Shown: positions 12,204 to 25,746, counted from the first letter of the whole stretch. The stretch: DNA of 60,084 nt, filler included, from Asterionella formosa (GCA_002256025.1; 14 parts of 14 records of this genome joined end to end with filler, not necessarily neighbours in it); one strand, 5' to 3'. Numbers and translations: made by a program. The notes: generated by a model not told the origin, from the sequence alone.

Positions 12204-13089
12204 AACCTGGTCCCCACGCATATGTAGTACCAACTTCAACTGCCTATTTACCGGTAGGGGTACGTCTACAGTTTAGCAACCGGGTAATTGTACTGAACGT
12301 GGACTGTCTGTCCCCCTGCGTTGGTTTTGTACCGGTAGGCTATCGCCGTCCACCCAATTCCAGACTACATTTACATGCCGGTATGTATTTCCGATATACA
12401 TATTAAAAAAATAGTTATAGTGGTTCCATCCTCGTTAGCTACTGGTACCTGGGTATCTCTTGAGCCGAATACAGAAAACAATTGATAGCAATAATGGTTT
12501 CAGTCGATGCGCCCACCATCACGACGACAGTATTGATAATTACATATTCTGCTTCCAGTTGACTGCACTCTTCTCACCTGTTCAACCAATTGATCAACAA
12601 CAAGTGAAAATAATTCGTTAAGAATGGTGAATGCGAAGACAATGAAGGCGAGAGACAGAAAAAAGCAAGAAGGGAATGTGAAATCAAAGGACGCAGCAAC
12701 GACAGTTTCCACCGAAGTCGACGTAGCCAAAGTTTGCGAAAGCAGAGCAGCTCCCGGAAAAATCAGTGTAAGCGCATCACATCCTAACTCCTTTAAATCG
12801 ATCATCCCTCCGCTATCAGCAGGTGTACTCCAGTACATCNNNNNNNNNNNNNNNNNNNNNNNNNNNNNNNNNNNNNNNNNNNNTTAATTAATTAANNNNN
12901 NNNNNNNNNNNNNNNNNNNNNNNNNNNNNNNNNNNNNNNTGATCTAAGACATCAATCTCGTTAGCAAGCTTCTTGACATGGGAACGCACCATTTGACTCA
13001 TTGGACTATAGTCGAGTCCACAGTCCTTGTGACTCATTATAGCCATTGATGCTATATTCTTGACAAACATATTGGGACAACCCTGAAGC

Positions 13090-14078
13090 CAAGAAACTTT
13101 TCAACCTGCTGTTAAAAGATTAACCAACCAAGGACTCACACTTGCCACACATGCACACATCGTCTCTAAGTGGTACCGCAAATTCCAACTGAGAGTAGAC
13201 TCCAAGGATCTGCCACCCTTCCTTCATGCCAACCCCAACATCTGCATGAACATTCAACGACATGGCAAAGAAAACTTGGATGCCCTTTCTATCGAAATGC
13301 TTTCGGAATATATACATGACAAGGTCCTACCAGCACTGCTCCATTCGACATTCAATGAACCTGTTGAGGAAGAAGAGAAGCAGAGTGTTAGTGATGCACT
13401 TGACTTGGACTCTGAGGAGTACAAGTCAAAGTTGAAACAAATTTTAATCACACATGGACTTACCTGCATTAGACCGCCCTCTACCATCTATCGCTGGATG
13501 ACTGGGCTGGGATTCCGATATGCACCAAGGAAGAAAGGATAATATGTTCATGGATATTAAAAACCTGCAACAATTCAATACCGATGGGATTTCTGCAAAT
13601 GATCATCTGGGCTATGAAGAAAGGATGCACAGATGGACGCAGAGACCAGCTGAGGAAGCAGTTTCATGGAAGAGAAGGTGAGGTAACAAGGGGCTCAAGT
13701 TGCAGGAGAGGGAATCGAGTATTCTTGGGGTTGCGCCAAGAATTTTTACTGTCGGGTTTCTCTGACGAAGGGAAAAAGGGTCAAGAGAACTTCAGGTCTG
13801 TGGTGCAAGAGAGCATGTCAACAGGCAAAGTGTTAACAACAAAAAGGACAAGACACTTTTCAAGGCGAGCAAGACAATATAAATGTGCACACTTCAAGAT
13901 TTGGAAAGATCTGGACAAACAACAACATGACAGGATGGGCGCCGAAGTTGACACAATAACACATGAAGCGGACCCCATCAGCGTTGAGAAGCTTGTCAAG
14001 CAATTCAGAACACATCACTGTGCTCTCGATTTCGACACAACTCTCTGCAAGGCAACCTATGTCAACGATCTAACATAG
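13090..14078 (+). pseudogene. IS630/Tc1/mariner-superfamily-like transposase relic with internal deletion
   Basis: STIYRWMTGLGFRYAPRKKG (HTH and linker) and C-terminal FSRRARQY...VKQFRTHHCALDFD, broken by stops and frameshifts; catalytic core apparently deleted. Confidence 0.55.
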
Positions 14079-14829
14079 CAAACAACAGAGAAACGAAGCA
14101 AACAAGAAGCAAGCAGCAAAATCAAATTCATGAACGACTACAACAGATCGATGTTACATACCTTTAGAGGGGAAATGAGCGGAGGGCAATATAAATACTG
14201 TATATAAGAATTTGCATCAATTTTTGGATGCGTCACAATTTTTTACTCTTAATTATTAAATGCAAAAGAAAATCTATACAAAGGCCAACGTATCCTACTA
14301 TACCGGTATTGATCTTCAGGTTGCAACCAGCCATAGTAGATTGACATCCAGTGGATCGTTTCGAAAACGTCGTCTTCACATAGGGGCAATGTTTCTTTTA
14401 AGTAATTTCTTACTAATATTTTATTAGCTTATATACAAACCATCTTTGTGCTCAAATTCACTGGCATCAATCATTCCGTACTCTTGTTTGATCGGCCATT
14501 TGGATGGGTGAGAAACAGCACCAGCCAACGCGTAAATTTCATTGCTGCATTATCAGCATCAGCCAAGTAACAAAAACAAAAATCGTCGCCGCATGTAATC
14601 CCAACATCCCTACCGGTACTCCATCCAATCTTCTGGTAGTGTTTTGATACTAAACAGTATCTGTTTCGTGGATAGAGCTTTGGTGGAGGCCTGTTAGTTA
14701 AAGAAGCAACGATTGTGGAGGAAAAGGTAAGCCCATTGTGACTGACATGGTGTCAGAGCTATCACAATCCTCGCCGCCTTCATTGTTGATTGTCAACTTT
14801 TCTGTACCTCTGATGTTGTATCATTCTCA

Positions 14830-15510
14830 AAATAATTGAGGTGTTATGCCTGAAAAAACACGACCCATAGACTGTTGACTCCATGGATGCAACACCTTTG
14901 TGTGAGTTCCTGCTGTTACAAGCTCACACACCGGCCGCAGGTAGGCGAAAAATGGATGATGAGCGAAGTGGATGTGAAATTGGCAAACTTTCCATAATAG
15001 ATCAACGAAAAACAAGAGATGCTAAGCAGTATTCTCCAACATTTCCAATCAACAGGGTATCCAGCATCATTGGAACACTAAAGCTTTGGTTTCATTGATC
15101 CATTGCGATGTAACACCAGTACCATAAGTTTCTGATTTTAAAAACATAGGGGGAGAGGAAGAGAATTGTGCAAGTAACAAGGGCAAACCACATAAGAATC
15201 TTCCCATAAACATGTCTTCACCTTGCTCATACTGGACATAAATGTCCTTGACTCTGCCCATTGACCACCCACCAGATACACTGATAGAACGCACCTGATG
15301 AAGGTCCCCCTTGGCAGTCACTAATATAAGTTGCAGCCCCCTTCTTCCTATACTGTGCATGACGATGTTGTTTGATTCAATCCCTAATTCAAATAGCTGT
15401 CCTTCCTTAATTTGGAGAAGCTGCTTTAAAACAGATGAAAATCTCTTAAATTGATTGTGACCACCAGGGAATAAGCGACTATTTCCTTCAAACATGGAAA
15501 TTGAAAACAC
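14830..15510 (-). pseudogene. Crypton-type tyrosine recombinase relic
   Basis: LFPGGHNQFKRF...MHSIGRRG...GGWSMGRVKDIYVQYEQGEDMFMGRFLCGLP resembles the HSxRK...GW...Y catalytic region of stramenopile Crypton recombinases; decayed. Confidence 0.7.
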
Positions 15511-17359
15511 ATACTAAGCTACTGCAGATTCAGGTGTACCAGGAGCCTACAGCAGGTAAGGCTACGTAGCGCTTTGGTTGAACGTTGCCTCCCCCCCACC
15601 ATGGTGGTGGATACCCCCTTCCCCCAGGAAACGACGATAATGGAAATCACTTTGAATGTTGCAGCTGCAGAATCCTTTAGGGAAGCATCGAACACAGGCG
15701 GAATGGCGACAAACAATCATGACAATCTTGATTTCGAAGCAGAATACTTGCTGCTCATGAATGAACCTTCATATGAAACCAACTACAAGAATACAGTCGC
15801 AACAATTCTCACAAACAACACAACAGCGCCATATAAACCGACTAAGGACACATTGCACAACTCAAGGCAATCCAAGGTAGCGGGCAGTACTCCACAAATA
15901 GAATGGTTGGAGGAACGTCATCCTTGGGCCCATCATTGGCCCCCCTAATACTTATCATATTCCCCCGTGTATATCCAGGCACAAGTGCGATTATTAGTTT
16001 TGTTTTAACGTACTTTAAAATTTGATTTACCTAATATCACACTTGCACTGACAAAAAACGCACATGTTCGCTCAATCAGGATTCCATTTAAAAGATTAGC
16101 CTTTGGTAGGAAGCTACTACCGTAAATCCTGTGCTCCGGTCTTCCACCACGCTCCTGTCTCCTCAGTGTACATCTGGTGCTACATTCTTTTGTACATACA
16201 AAACACTGAAGTGAAGTCGTTATGTTCGGCTGGAGCATCTTGTAATATGTCGTCAATGCCTTGACCACGACAAAAATAGCGAATATCTACATTAAAATTG
16301 AGAACGACGCTTTCCAATTTGGTCCGTATATCATACCCAACATAGTAAATACAATAGTAAAAGAATTATTGTAATAACACAAATATTAACGGCGAAAATT
16401 AGAGACGCAAATGGCACATTTTTCATGAAGTTTATGGATGCACAATTCAAAATGACGATGCTCTGAACAGATTTGACACTGTCACAGTAGCTGCGAAATC
16501 ACTACAACGATGACTATAGCAATAACATGATAGACTGTAGGAAAAAATATGTAACAAGCGTTTTAAACTAAAAATTGGTTGTTTGTATCGATGCCGCAAA
16601 AGGATGCGTTGCATGCCTTTGCTTGTTTGGTTTCTTGACAATGCACCCTACGTATGAGTGAAGGAATTTTTTCTTCATCCATGATGCACAAAAATCATTG
16701 CATGATTTGATTGGCTTGCGGAAATTACTGCAAGACAGAACTTTGTATAACCTACACAAGATACTATGTTTGTAGAAACAGGTATATAAAGCTGCGTCAC
16801 TCTAGAAAAAAGTATCTTACTTGTGCTAATTTTCTGGCGCACAAGTGCGCCAAAATTTGGAAAATCAATTCATCATAGAAACCGATTCAACCAAGAACAA
16901 TATCACTTTTTATTAGCATTTGCATGCTTTCAACTATGGAGAAGAGCATGGGTATGACGTTTTGATCAACAGAAGTTGGCAATGCCAAAATCGCCATCAT
17001 CCAGTCTCCCCATCTAAGTAAATCTAGTCGTGGCTGTGTACATTTGGGGAGACCGAAGCACGGGATTTACGGTACAAGCTATTACTAGATATTTACCGGA
17101 CAATCGTCCTCTAGAACGCCGTGAAGGTGATCGTCACTANNNNNNNNNNNNNNNNNNNNNNNNNNNNNNNNNNNNNNNNNNNNTTAATTAATTAANNNNN
17201 NNNNNNNNNNNNNNNNNNNNNNNNNNNNNNNNNNNNNNNTGAGGGTACCACAACATCAGCAGTTGGTTGCATTTTGTCAAATACAGGCAATGCCTTGTAT
17301 TATGACAGAAAGTATTCAATTCCTGGAAAGGGGGAAGGGTTCACTCACTACGAGCCATT

Positions 17360-17929
17360 GTGTTTCTTTTGGTGTTGGTAGCATATCAAACCTTCTTTTG
17401 GGAGGACATACTGGCATATGTCGAAACACACGAGGAATTACTTTTGTTAGTCTGTGCCAATCTTAGTACAACAAATGACACTCGTGGTCGGATCTTTGAA
17501 TTTCTTGGTGATCAAGCACTTTTCAATCAATGCAAATGTTACTTTTTTGAAAGGATTTTCGGCATTAACGAAAGGCAATCTCATTGAAACATTTCCCCCA
17601 AAGAGTAACTTTCCCTTGATAGATACCCATTCCTCCAATATGTTGCCAGAAATTATGATTTAAATGGAATGTATGTTCCCCGAAACTCCAATTTTCCTGC
17701 AATTGATCTCATCTGGAAGTGTGGCGATAGTGTGTGTGGTGTCCAGGTACATGTTTCCAAACATCACAATATACTGAAAAAGTTTACAGAAATGTGTAAA
17801 AAGGCGGGATGGCTTGCAAAATTCAAGACGATTTATTTGCATTATTTCAGTCCTGAACAAAGTGTTGCTAATTCTGTTCAAAACCAAGCCTGTCTCAAGA
17901 CTCTACAATGGCCTAAACCAATGAAATGA
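17360..17929 (+). pseudogene. Crinkler/RHS-type PD-(D/E)xK restriction-endonuclease-fold domain, frameshifted
   Basis: RGRIFE followed, in another frame, by YVPRNSNFPAIDLIW...GVQVHVS, the pattern of CR-REase domains. Confidence 0.5.
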
Positions 17930-18819
17930 AGAAATATAATGTTTCAGAATTTGGGGTGCTAGGGTAAGGGGAGCACGCCTTCTAAGGATCACGTACACAT
18001 AGTGCTAAGGATCTATTCTAGAGTCTAGAGACCATTATGAACTGTTTAGACCACTATAACATTATTATTGGGTTAGGGTCAAGGGATTCTGCCATGTAGG
18101 TGTCATCGCTAATGAGCACCCAGCACTTCTAGGGATGGTTGTTACTTGAGCACATGGTACAACTAACCCAAGGGCTATTATTATCATTTTTCATTGTGCA
18201 TCACTTAATTTGAAATTGTTTTGAAAATGTATCATCAACGATAACTCGATTTGAACCAAAGATCATCCATTCCAAACATGAGATTGTATCATTATTTTGT
18301 GATCACAGTGTATAATCATGGAGTAACATGGATCTTCAATGGCAACAGGCCAGCAAAGATCATGTGTATATCCCTCAAGACCACTATATTGACAATGGTT
18401 ATCATATCAAGCAGCAGCATAAAATAAATATAAAATTATTAAGTAAATTTTGTTGTTAAACAACTTGACAATTGTGGAGGTTGTAAAGTCACACTTGGCC
18501 CCCCAGAGCTCGCTGTCTGCCTCACCACCCATAACTCAAGGGACTAAAGCAGGTCGATTCCTGCCACCTCGGAAAGCGAGCTAACCAACAAAGAAGCTAT
18601 TTTATACTGTATTATATATTAAAACACACCATTGCATGAATCATCATATTGTCGCATCTTGAGTTACTTGACAGCAATGATGATTTTGGTTTTGGAACAG
18701 ATGATGACAGCAGCAATCTGGATTTCTTCATCTGTCGTTTAGCTAAGGAAGAAGAGGAACAATAACACTCATCCAGAAGGCAAAGGCAACGCCACAAATG
18801 GCACTATGACTCATCCAAC

Positions 18820-18950
18820 CAATGAAGTCCACAAAGAAAGCACACATAAAGCTGAGCGATCACAAGATTGCTTTCGAAAAGACCTACAGAATTTCACACA
18901 GAGCATTTAAAAAGCTCACCTCCATACTGGAAATCAGATTGCAGGTAATA
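18820..18950 (+). pseudogene. Possible PIF/Harbinger transposase N-terminal fragment
   Basis: AFEKTYRISHRAFKKLTSILE resembles the F..YRMS..F..L...L motif; short and isolated. Confidence 0.35.
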
Positions 18951-19758
18951 ACTACAAGTGTGGCGCTTCCTCCGCCGCCGCTCTTCCCCCCCCCCCACAA
19001 CTCCTTCCGATGGTCGTCCCATGGACTTCGACATCTCCTTTCTTCCGACTCCTCCTTGAAGAAATCCTTTGCAAAAGCTCAACGTCAAAGCTCGAAAGAG
19101 CAATTACCGCTGGACAGCCCCGCCTAGGAGCTTATTTCAAGCGCCATGCGATTTCTTTCCCAACACCTTTGGCACCCTTTACCCCACCTCGCCCTCCTCT
19201 CTTCCTCCCCACCATCCTTCCCTCCCTTCTACTGATAACCACGCAAAGCAAGAAGCGTTTGTCTCGCCACTACAACCCTCCACATACACTCTCTCCATCC
19301 CAGAACTCGCTGGCCACAAAAAGATTCTCAAACTTCAACTAAAAACTGCCTTCCCCATTAAGGGAACCCAGATTACATAATAACCAACTCTGGCTGCACC
19401 CAGATAAAATAATTCAAATCCCGGTATGTGCTTACCGGTACCGGTATACAGTATGGTTAACCTCGTACTCCAGTAGGCTACTCTACTGGTACCAGGTATA
19501 CCTTTTATTACCGCGGACGGAATAATAATGCCGTGCCTAGACCTACGTGAACAAACAATATATACAGTACTGTTAAATCATTCTATACCTTGCAACTCAA
19601 TATATTTGCCACTGAGTCAGAGCACAAGAAAAGAACACAGCCTCAGTTCATCGCGACCCTCTCCTTGCTTCACCTTCATATACCTTGACCTTCGGCCATG
19701 GATACATTGGAAATGATTGGATAGCTACTACACGTAGGCTACCGTACTAAGATAATAC

Positions 19759-19787
19759 TGAGCCCTGAGCCCTGAGCCCTGAGCCCT
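19759..19787. repeat. 7-bp tandem repeat (CTGAGCC)x4
   Basis: ctgagccctgagccctgagccctgagccc. Confidence 0.85.
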
Positions 19788-21757
19788 TTGATTGTAGTAC
19801 GCAGCACATTTTCTTTCGTTTCACTGCCTTGTGCTTCTCACTTCTCTCCAGCAGCCGCCAGCCACTACTTCAGTCCTTGTTGTTTATACCTGCTAGTTAG
19901 GACTTGGTTCGTCTGCCTAACTAACAATAGAGAAGCAATGCATTACAACGCTCTGAAAAAGACAATGGGAAAGACTTAACGTCGTCAGTGGCAACTTCGA
20001 AATGTATCATTCCGTAGTTCCGTTGTTATCCATGAGCTCACACGCACAGCAATCAAGGGGCAGAAGTAGTGGATTGACTCGGAGTTCTCTCGATGGGTTC
20101 ATCCCGAGGATACACACAGGGTATAGCATCTTATTACTATGCCAACAAAATGGCTAGAGTTTGAAAGGTGGGATCTGATTATTTATAATTTATTTCGTGT
20201 TGAAAAGGCCAAGATATGGATGGTGGCTGAAGTGTACTGTGGCTACTGTTGACTCATTGACTTTTGGCCGTGTGGATGACGTAAATGGATCAACTCGCAC
20301 AGGACAAAGAAAGGTGAAAATATGAGACAAGCAAGGAAAGTGTGCGTGGTTTCCATGATGGATTGAATGCATGAATTGGTGGTGACTGGACTTGGTCCGG
20401 GCAGTGACGTGCTGGCCCCCTTGGTGGCCCTGTTTTGTGCCACAATGCTACAGATCATGAAGATTGGTATCGGCTTGTTGTTGTGATGAATCTATCCAGC
20501 ATGGTTATCATTGACACGGACGAGGATACATTCTTCTTATTGAATTTTTCCATAGAATCCGAGACAATTCTGATTGCAAGAATAACAAAGTAGTAGTTAG
20601 TATCTTGACCCCCAAATGTTATTGAATATACAAACGATTGTATAACGCCCACAATGGACGGTAATTCAGAGGAGGATGGAAGGTAAAAGAGGAGTGGTGT
20701 CTAGGAGATATTCTCACCTTGCAAGTACGGCCTGGAACAAGATTTTGACCAAACACACACACGGGCTTGTTATGATTTGCATGAAGAAGCAACAATCCAT
20801 AATATGGTACATGAGATTTTGATAGCGTGAGAATTAATGGTACAACAAATTACCCACCCCATCCATTTATGACAAGATGAAGCCGTCGCATTGTTCTTCA
20901 CTACTACATCATTTTATAATACATTGATTCCAAATAAATGAGTCAAAGATTACTCGATCAGCCATTCTAAAAACAAAATACATAGCTAGCACTCATGCCG
21001 TGCATGGCGACAGGACTAGCAACTTTTTCATTCCTTTTCCTATAACAATTACGTGAGTAGTTTTGTTCAATCATCTTTGCTCCAATACCCACCCACTTCC
21101 ACATAATATTAATACCAAAGCGCTATTTGTTGAAAGAATGTTGTCGCAAGAACACTTGTTTCTGGTAATTGTTTGCATGGGTTCGTCTGCCATGACAGCT
21201 AGCTTCCACCATGATATTGATAGGCCATATCTCCGAAAGGAAGCAGCTCAGGGTAAGTGGACATTCATTGTTGTCTCCAATTGTTCAATCTCTATGTATA
21301 GATATATATAAATATATTTCATGATACCTAGTATGAATTCACATTGAGGGATTGTTGTGCTCAACAAGTGTCACAAGAAAACAACAAGACGTTTTGCGAG
21401 GCATCTCCTTCTTGTTTGAGATGATTTCGCTGTGGCGATTTGTTCCNNNNNNNNNNNNNNNNNNNNNNNNNNNNNNNNNNNNNNNNNNNNTTAATTAATT
21501 AANNNNNNNNNNNNNNNNNNNNNNNNNNNNNNNNNNNNNNNNNNNNTCATAGCTATGTGATGTACTTTATTCAATATTACGTATCATACTTTGGTGATGT
21601 ACTATGCATCGATGTAACCCTGCTATCATGATATCACATTATCATCTTATCAATCATGATGAGATGATTGGGAAGCAATTGCATTCTGCATCGTGCTAGG
21701 GGGTATATTATTATATCATGCACTTTAGTAGCTAAGTCACTCCGCCTGTAATGTACA

Positions 21758-22160
21758 CAAGTCGACAGTGCACATACACACACGCTAATCAGGTTTGAGG
21801 CAACGGACAGTCATTCGAACGAGCGAATGACGATACCACGAGTACCAATTTTTCCAGCGGTAAACCGCAATGATAAAAAGAACTTGTCTCTCTATTGATG
21901 GGGATGACATGGACACCTACTTTTCTAGGAGCAAACAACAATGAAGAGACCCGCTTGTTGCTCTATTGATGGTAACAAAGCAACAGTGAATACAAGAACA
22001 ACATACCAATGAAAACAAGTCGACAGTGTGTGTACGCACACGCCAGGCAGGTTTGAGGCAACGGACAGTTCCAACAAGCAAGTGACGATACCGGTATCAA
22101 ATTTTTCCTATGAACAAACAACAATGAAAAGAGCCACTTGCTCTCTCTCTCTTGATGGTA
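21758..22160. repeat. Diverged direct repeat, ~260-bp period
   Basis: caagtcgacagtg...caggtttgaggcaacggacagt...gacgatacc...aatttttcc at ~21758 and ~22016. Confidence 0.7.
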
Positions 22161-23732
22161 TCAAAGATGCGGACAAGTTCAATAGTTTATACAAGTACAG
22201 TATGCCAAATGCAGAAACGAGCGAGCGATATGAAAATGAAAAGCATTCTAATCAGAATCATTCTATAACTATAGCTATGTGGACAGGAGTCTGTTACGCA
22301 CATTTTCGTATCTCCTTCTATGCTGAATCTCAATAGTAGATGTAGTATCATGTGAGAATTGATAATGTCAACAAGAACAAGTAGAATGTGTATGTTTATG
22401 GGTTGATTGGCGAGATTGTCATGCTGAAGTCGACGAAACGGATTTATTATGTGCGCTGTGTGAGGAACCATTACGAGTTCGAATGATTTCTTCTCTGTAA
22501 ACTCTTAATTGACTGATTATCAACAAAGGCTCACTGCACATGACGATAACTCAAAAATATAATGATCACTTGACCAACAATTGTAGACGTTATCGCAAAC
22601 ATTCGTTCCGCTTGCTTGTCATCGGTATTTCGTTGTTGTTGCAAAAATCGGAGTGATGATGGATGGAAATTCCGGTCGATTTGTCGTTTTCGTTACAGCA
22701 ATGATAATGGTCATGCACGTTGAATAATTGAAGCTCTCATTGCAATTTTTTTTGTTGAGTCTGATGCACATGTTTGCAGAGACATAAAGAAAACGGCTAA
22801 CTGTTTTAGTATTACAGAGATATATCTTTGAAATGTATCTCTGTAAAGATTCATTTTTTCTGAAGATACAACAAATATTAATTTGTATCTCTCTTAAGAT
22901 TGGCCCTTAGACACAATGCTACAATCCAGGAGTATCAAGAAAAGGCGGTTCTTGGAATGTTCAGAATACCTGATGGCGGCTTCAGGACAACAAACAATAA
23001 CACAACATTTTAGTCATGAGTCCAGCAGAAGAGACAAGCTCCCAAAGACACTTTCACCACCACCAAAAGTCAACATGTGACAAACAACATTTCAATATCC
23101 AGGTCTGTGACCCACAAGAACCACCAGCGGTTTCGATAATCCCGGCAAAGATCTCAGATACCACAATTTTTTCACGGCTACTACACGAGGGAGTGACCAC
23201 CATAACTTCTCCGCTGCCCTATTTTCCGGGCCATGCAGTGTAACAAAGACAATCCTGTAAATAGGCTAGTACTAATGCACAATAAAAATATTTCAACGTA
23301 CAATACAGACAGGGACATTCACCTCACGAGGTCTTCTGTACAATATTTATGCAATACTGAAAAAAAGGATACATGGGACAGGACAAGCTCAAAAGCCAAA
23401 TCACAACTATTATCGATATCATTGCAGACCAGGTACCTGGTGAAGTATATAATTAGAAGTAGTAGTATTTGTTGAATATGTGAGCTTATTAGTTAATCTT
23501 GATGTACAACTCATTCTCTTAAGGTTCCTGCATTTCAACCCTAGCTTACTAGAGGTAGGTTAAAAAAAATTGAGTCAGACTAATCAAACACATACTTTTG
23601 ACGTCTAAACTAAATATGTATATCGCTACTTGGAGCTTTCACCATTGGACACCCTTTCCATATGCTTAGATATCGGCATTGATCGAAGTAGGGGTATAGT
23701 TCAACTCTATATAACGTCAGTGTATAGGATCT

Positions 23733-23855
23733 GGCGAGAAACTGCAAAAAGGAACTTCGGTTTTTTAACTATGCTGAAAAAAGTGGTTTTTACTGGGCCA
23801 ACTTGTCTATTTGGCCTATTAAAAAAGCCGAAGTTCCTTTCTGCAGTTTCTCGCC
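23733..23855. repeat. Foldback with ~36-bp inverted arms
   Basis: ggcgagaaactgcaaaaaggaacttcggttttttaa / ttaaaaaagccgaagttcctttctgcagtttctcgcc (1 mismatch, 1 indel). Confidence 0.85.
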
Positions 23856-25190
23856 GAAAGTTAACTTCTGGGGCTATATGAAGATTACCTGTGTACTTAA
23901 CTCTTCTTCAAACCCAGACAATGTTGAGCTATCGTCCCCGAAATTCGACAAAATCGGCCTTTTCGAAGGTCTCCAATATGTCAGAATCAGAATCACTAAT
24001 CGCCAAAACGTCATCATTGGAATGGTAGTCTTGTGCTAAAATATTTAGTCGTAAAATCTCCTGTACAAAAAAAATTCCATTGTACATGCCAGCTTCACTA
24101 TAAATATTTTGATTGGTCAACTTCAATTACTTACCGATATTTGATTGGCCCGGTTTGCAAGGTGTTGCAAATCCACACCGGCCACACAGGATACACATCT
24201 AAAAATTTCTTGGGTGATTGCTGGTACCCGGTACCTGTTACACTATCCTCTATGGGTGCCAGTAGATGAAGGTTGAAATACAGGAACCGTAACTGACATG
24301 AAAGTTTACAATGCTGTAGTTGTTAGTCAAGTTCTCTCAATATTGAGTTCTGATATATAGGATATAACCCTAACCCTATATACATCTGTATTGATGCGTG
24401 GGATCACTCACCTGGCAAGTGATCTACCGGTATATGACGTACTTGGAATATGTAATAATCAATTCATTGCACTTCATAATGCTGGTAATTTGCGATTAGT
24501 AATATCAGTGGAGTCATCGGTGATGTCACTCAAATTTAGTAAATAAGGATTATTGTCGACCACCCGGTCAATTTTTGTAAAAACACAAGAACCAGGTACC
24601 GGGTAATGCTACGGGAAAGCAGAATGACCGTCTCACGACCCACGACCCACAATATATCATGCCTTCAGATATGAACCACGTTCCACTAAGAAATGTCCAA
24701 CATACCGGTACATTTGATGCTGGTAAGTGTAGAATTGGCAAGAGTCAGCTGGCAATATAGGAATACATCCTACGCAGCATCCCCCACTTTCCTGGCCTCG
24801 ACGAGCGTGTACATACAAGTACAAGTCCTATTTTGACGACAAGTCCCATGGTCAAATCATTTTCTTTTTTGAAAAGTGCAAGTATTATACCACGTCGACA
24901 ACAGCAGTGTGGTTTTAAGTCCAATCATTTACCAGTGGCTACTTCCTACTTATCATTGACAAAAAATACCTGCTGGTACTGACAGCGATCGTTTTTATGC
25001 GTCGTTGCGTACATTTGTTACAGTCACAACCGAAAGGACAAATTGAATAGACATTTTACCTGGGCGGTATTGTTCTTCCTGAACGTTATTGGCAGGAGGA
25101 ATGAATCTTCTCATTTGTCACCCAAACCATTACCATTTGGTGTTATAAAACATCTCTTACATTCTCTAATTGTGAAAAACAAAAAGGACA

Positions 25191-25310
25191 ATGCTCATCG
25201 CGGAGACACTCCTTATCCTTGCAGTTGCTCTTTGCAAATCGTCAGTATTTGCTTTTCCATCAAGCGCTGGTAGCTGCAATGCAGGCAATAATGCACTTGT
25301 AGGGGCAGGG
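25191..25310 (+). pseudogene. 5' end of a secreted-protein gene interrupted by a Copia LTR
   Basis: TATAAAA at ~25144, ATG at 25191. MLIAETLLILAVALCKSSVFA-FPSSAGSCNAGNNALVGAG reads as signal peptide plus a Reeler-like start; LTR begins after codon 40. Confidence 0.55.
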
Positions 25311-25746
25311 TGTTGAAATTGCGTCCCGAAGCACTCTATGCTTTCTTGTATCCTGTAAGGACACGTCAGGGACCAAATAGGCTGTAGATATAACAACGAT
25401 GTCTCCGTGATCGATTGTAATCGTTCCTAAGAGTTTTAATAGAATTATGGGTTTTTACTGTTGGCGTAGATTGTTTTCGAATTCTCTGGGACCATATTCT
25501 TTCTTGATTCATTCGATTCAATATGTAGTAGGTAATTTATACCGGGATTTTCTTTCCTAAAATATTTTCTCCAACACACTCCTGCTGGACACGGATGCTC
25601 ACTTTGAATTCATAATTTCCTGACGAAAATGAATAAATTTCGTTCCAACCAGTGGTTTCGTCATGTAGTCTGCTAACATTGCATCCGATGGACAGTACTT
25701 GATTTGTACTTCCTTTCTTTCAATAAGATCAGTAATATAAAAATAT
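25311..25746 (-). mobile_element. Ty1/Copia 3' end: RNase H C-terminus, PPT and 266-bp 3' LTR (25311-25576)
   Basis: YFYITDLIERKEVQIKYCPSDAMLADYMTKPL; LTR TGTTGG...TTTCAACA; near-identical to 38731-39166. Confidence 0.92.

Noticed and set aside
23929..24126. LTNQNIYSEAGMYNG, faintly like a PIF1/Helitron helicase motif
   Set aside because: Single short motif with no other helicase motifs nearby.
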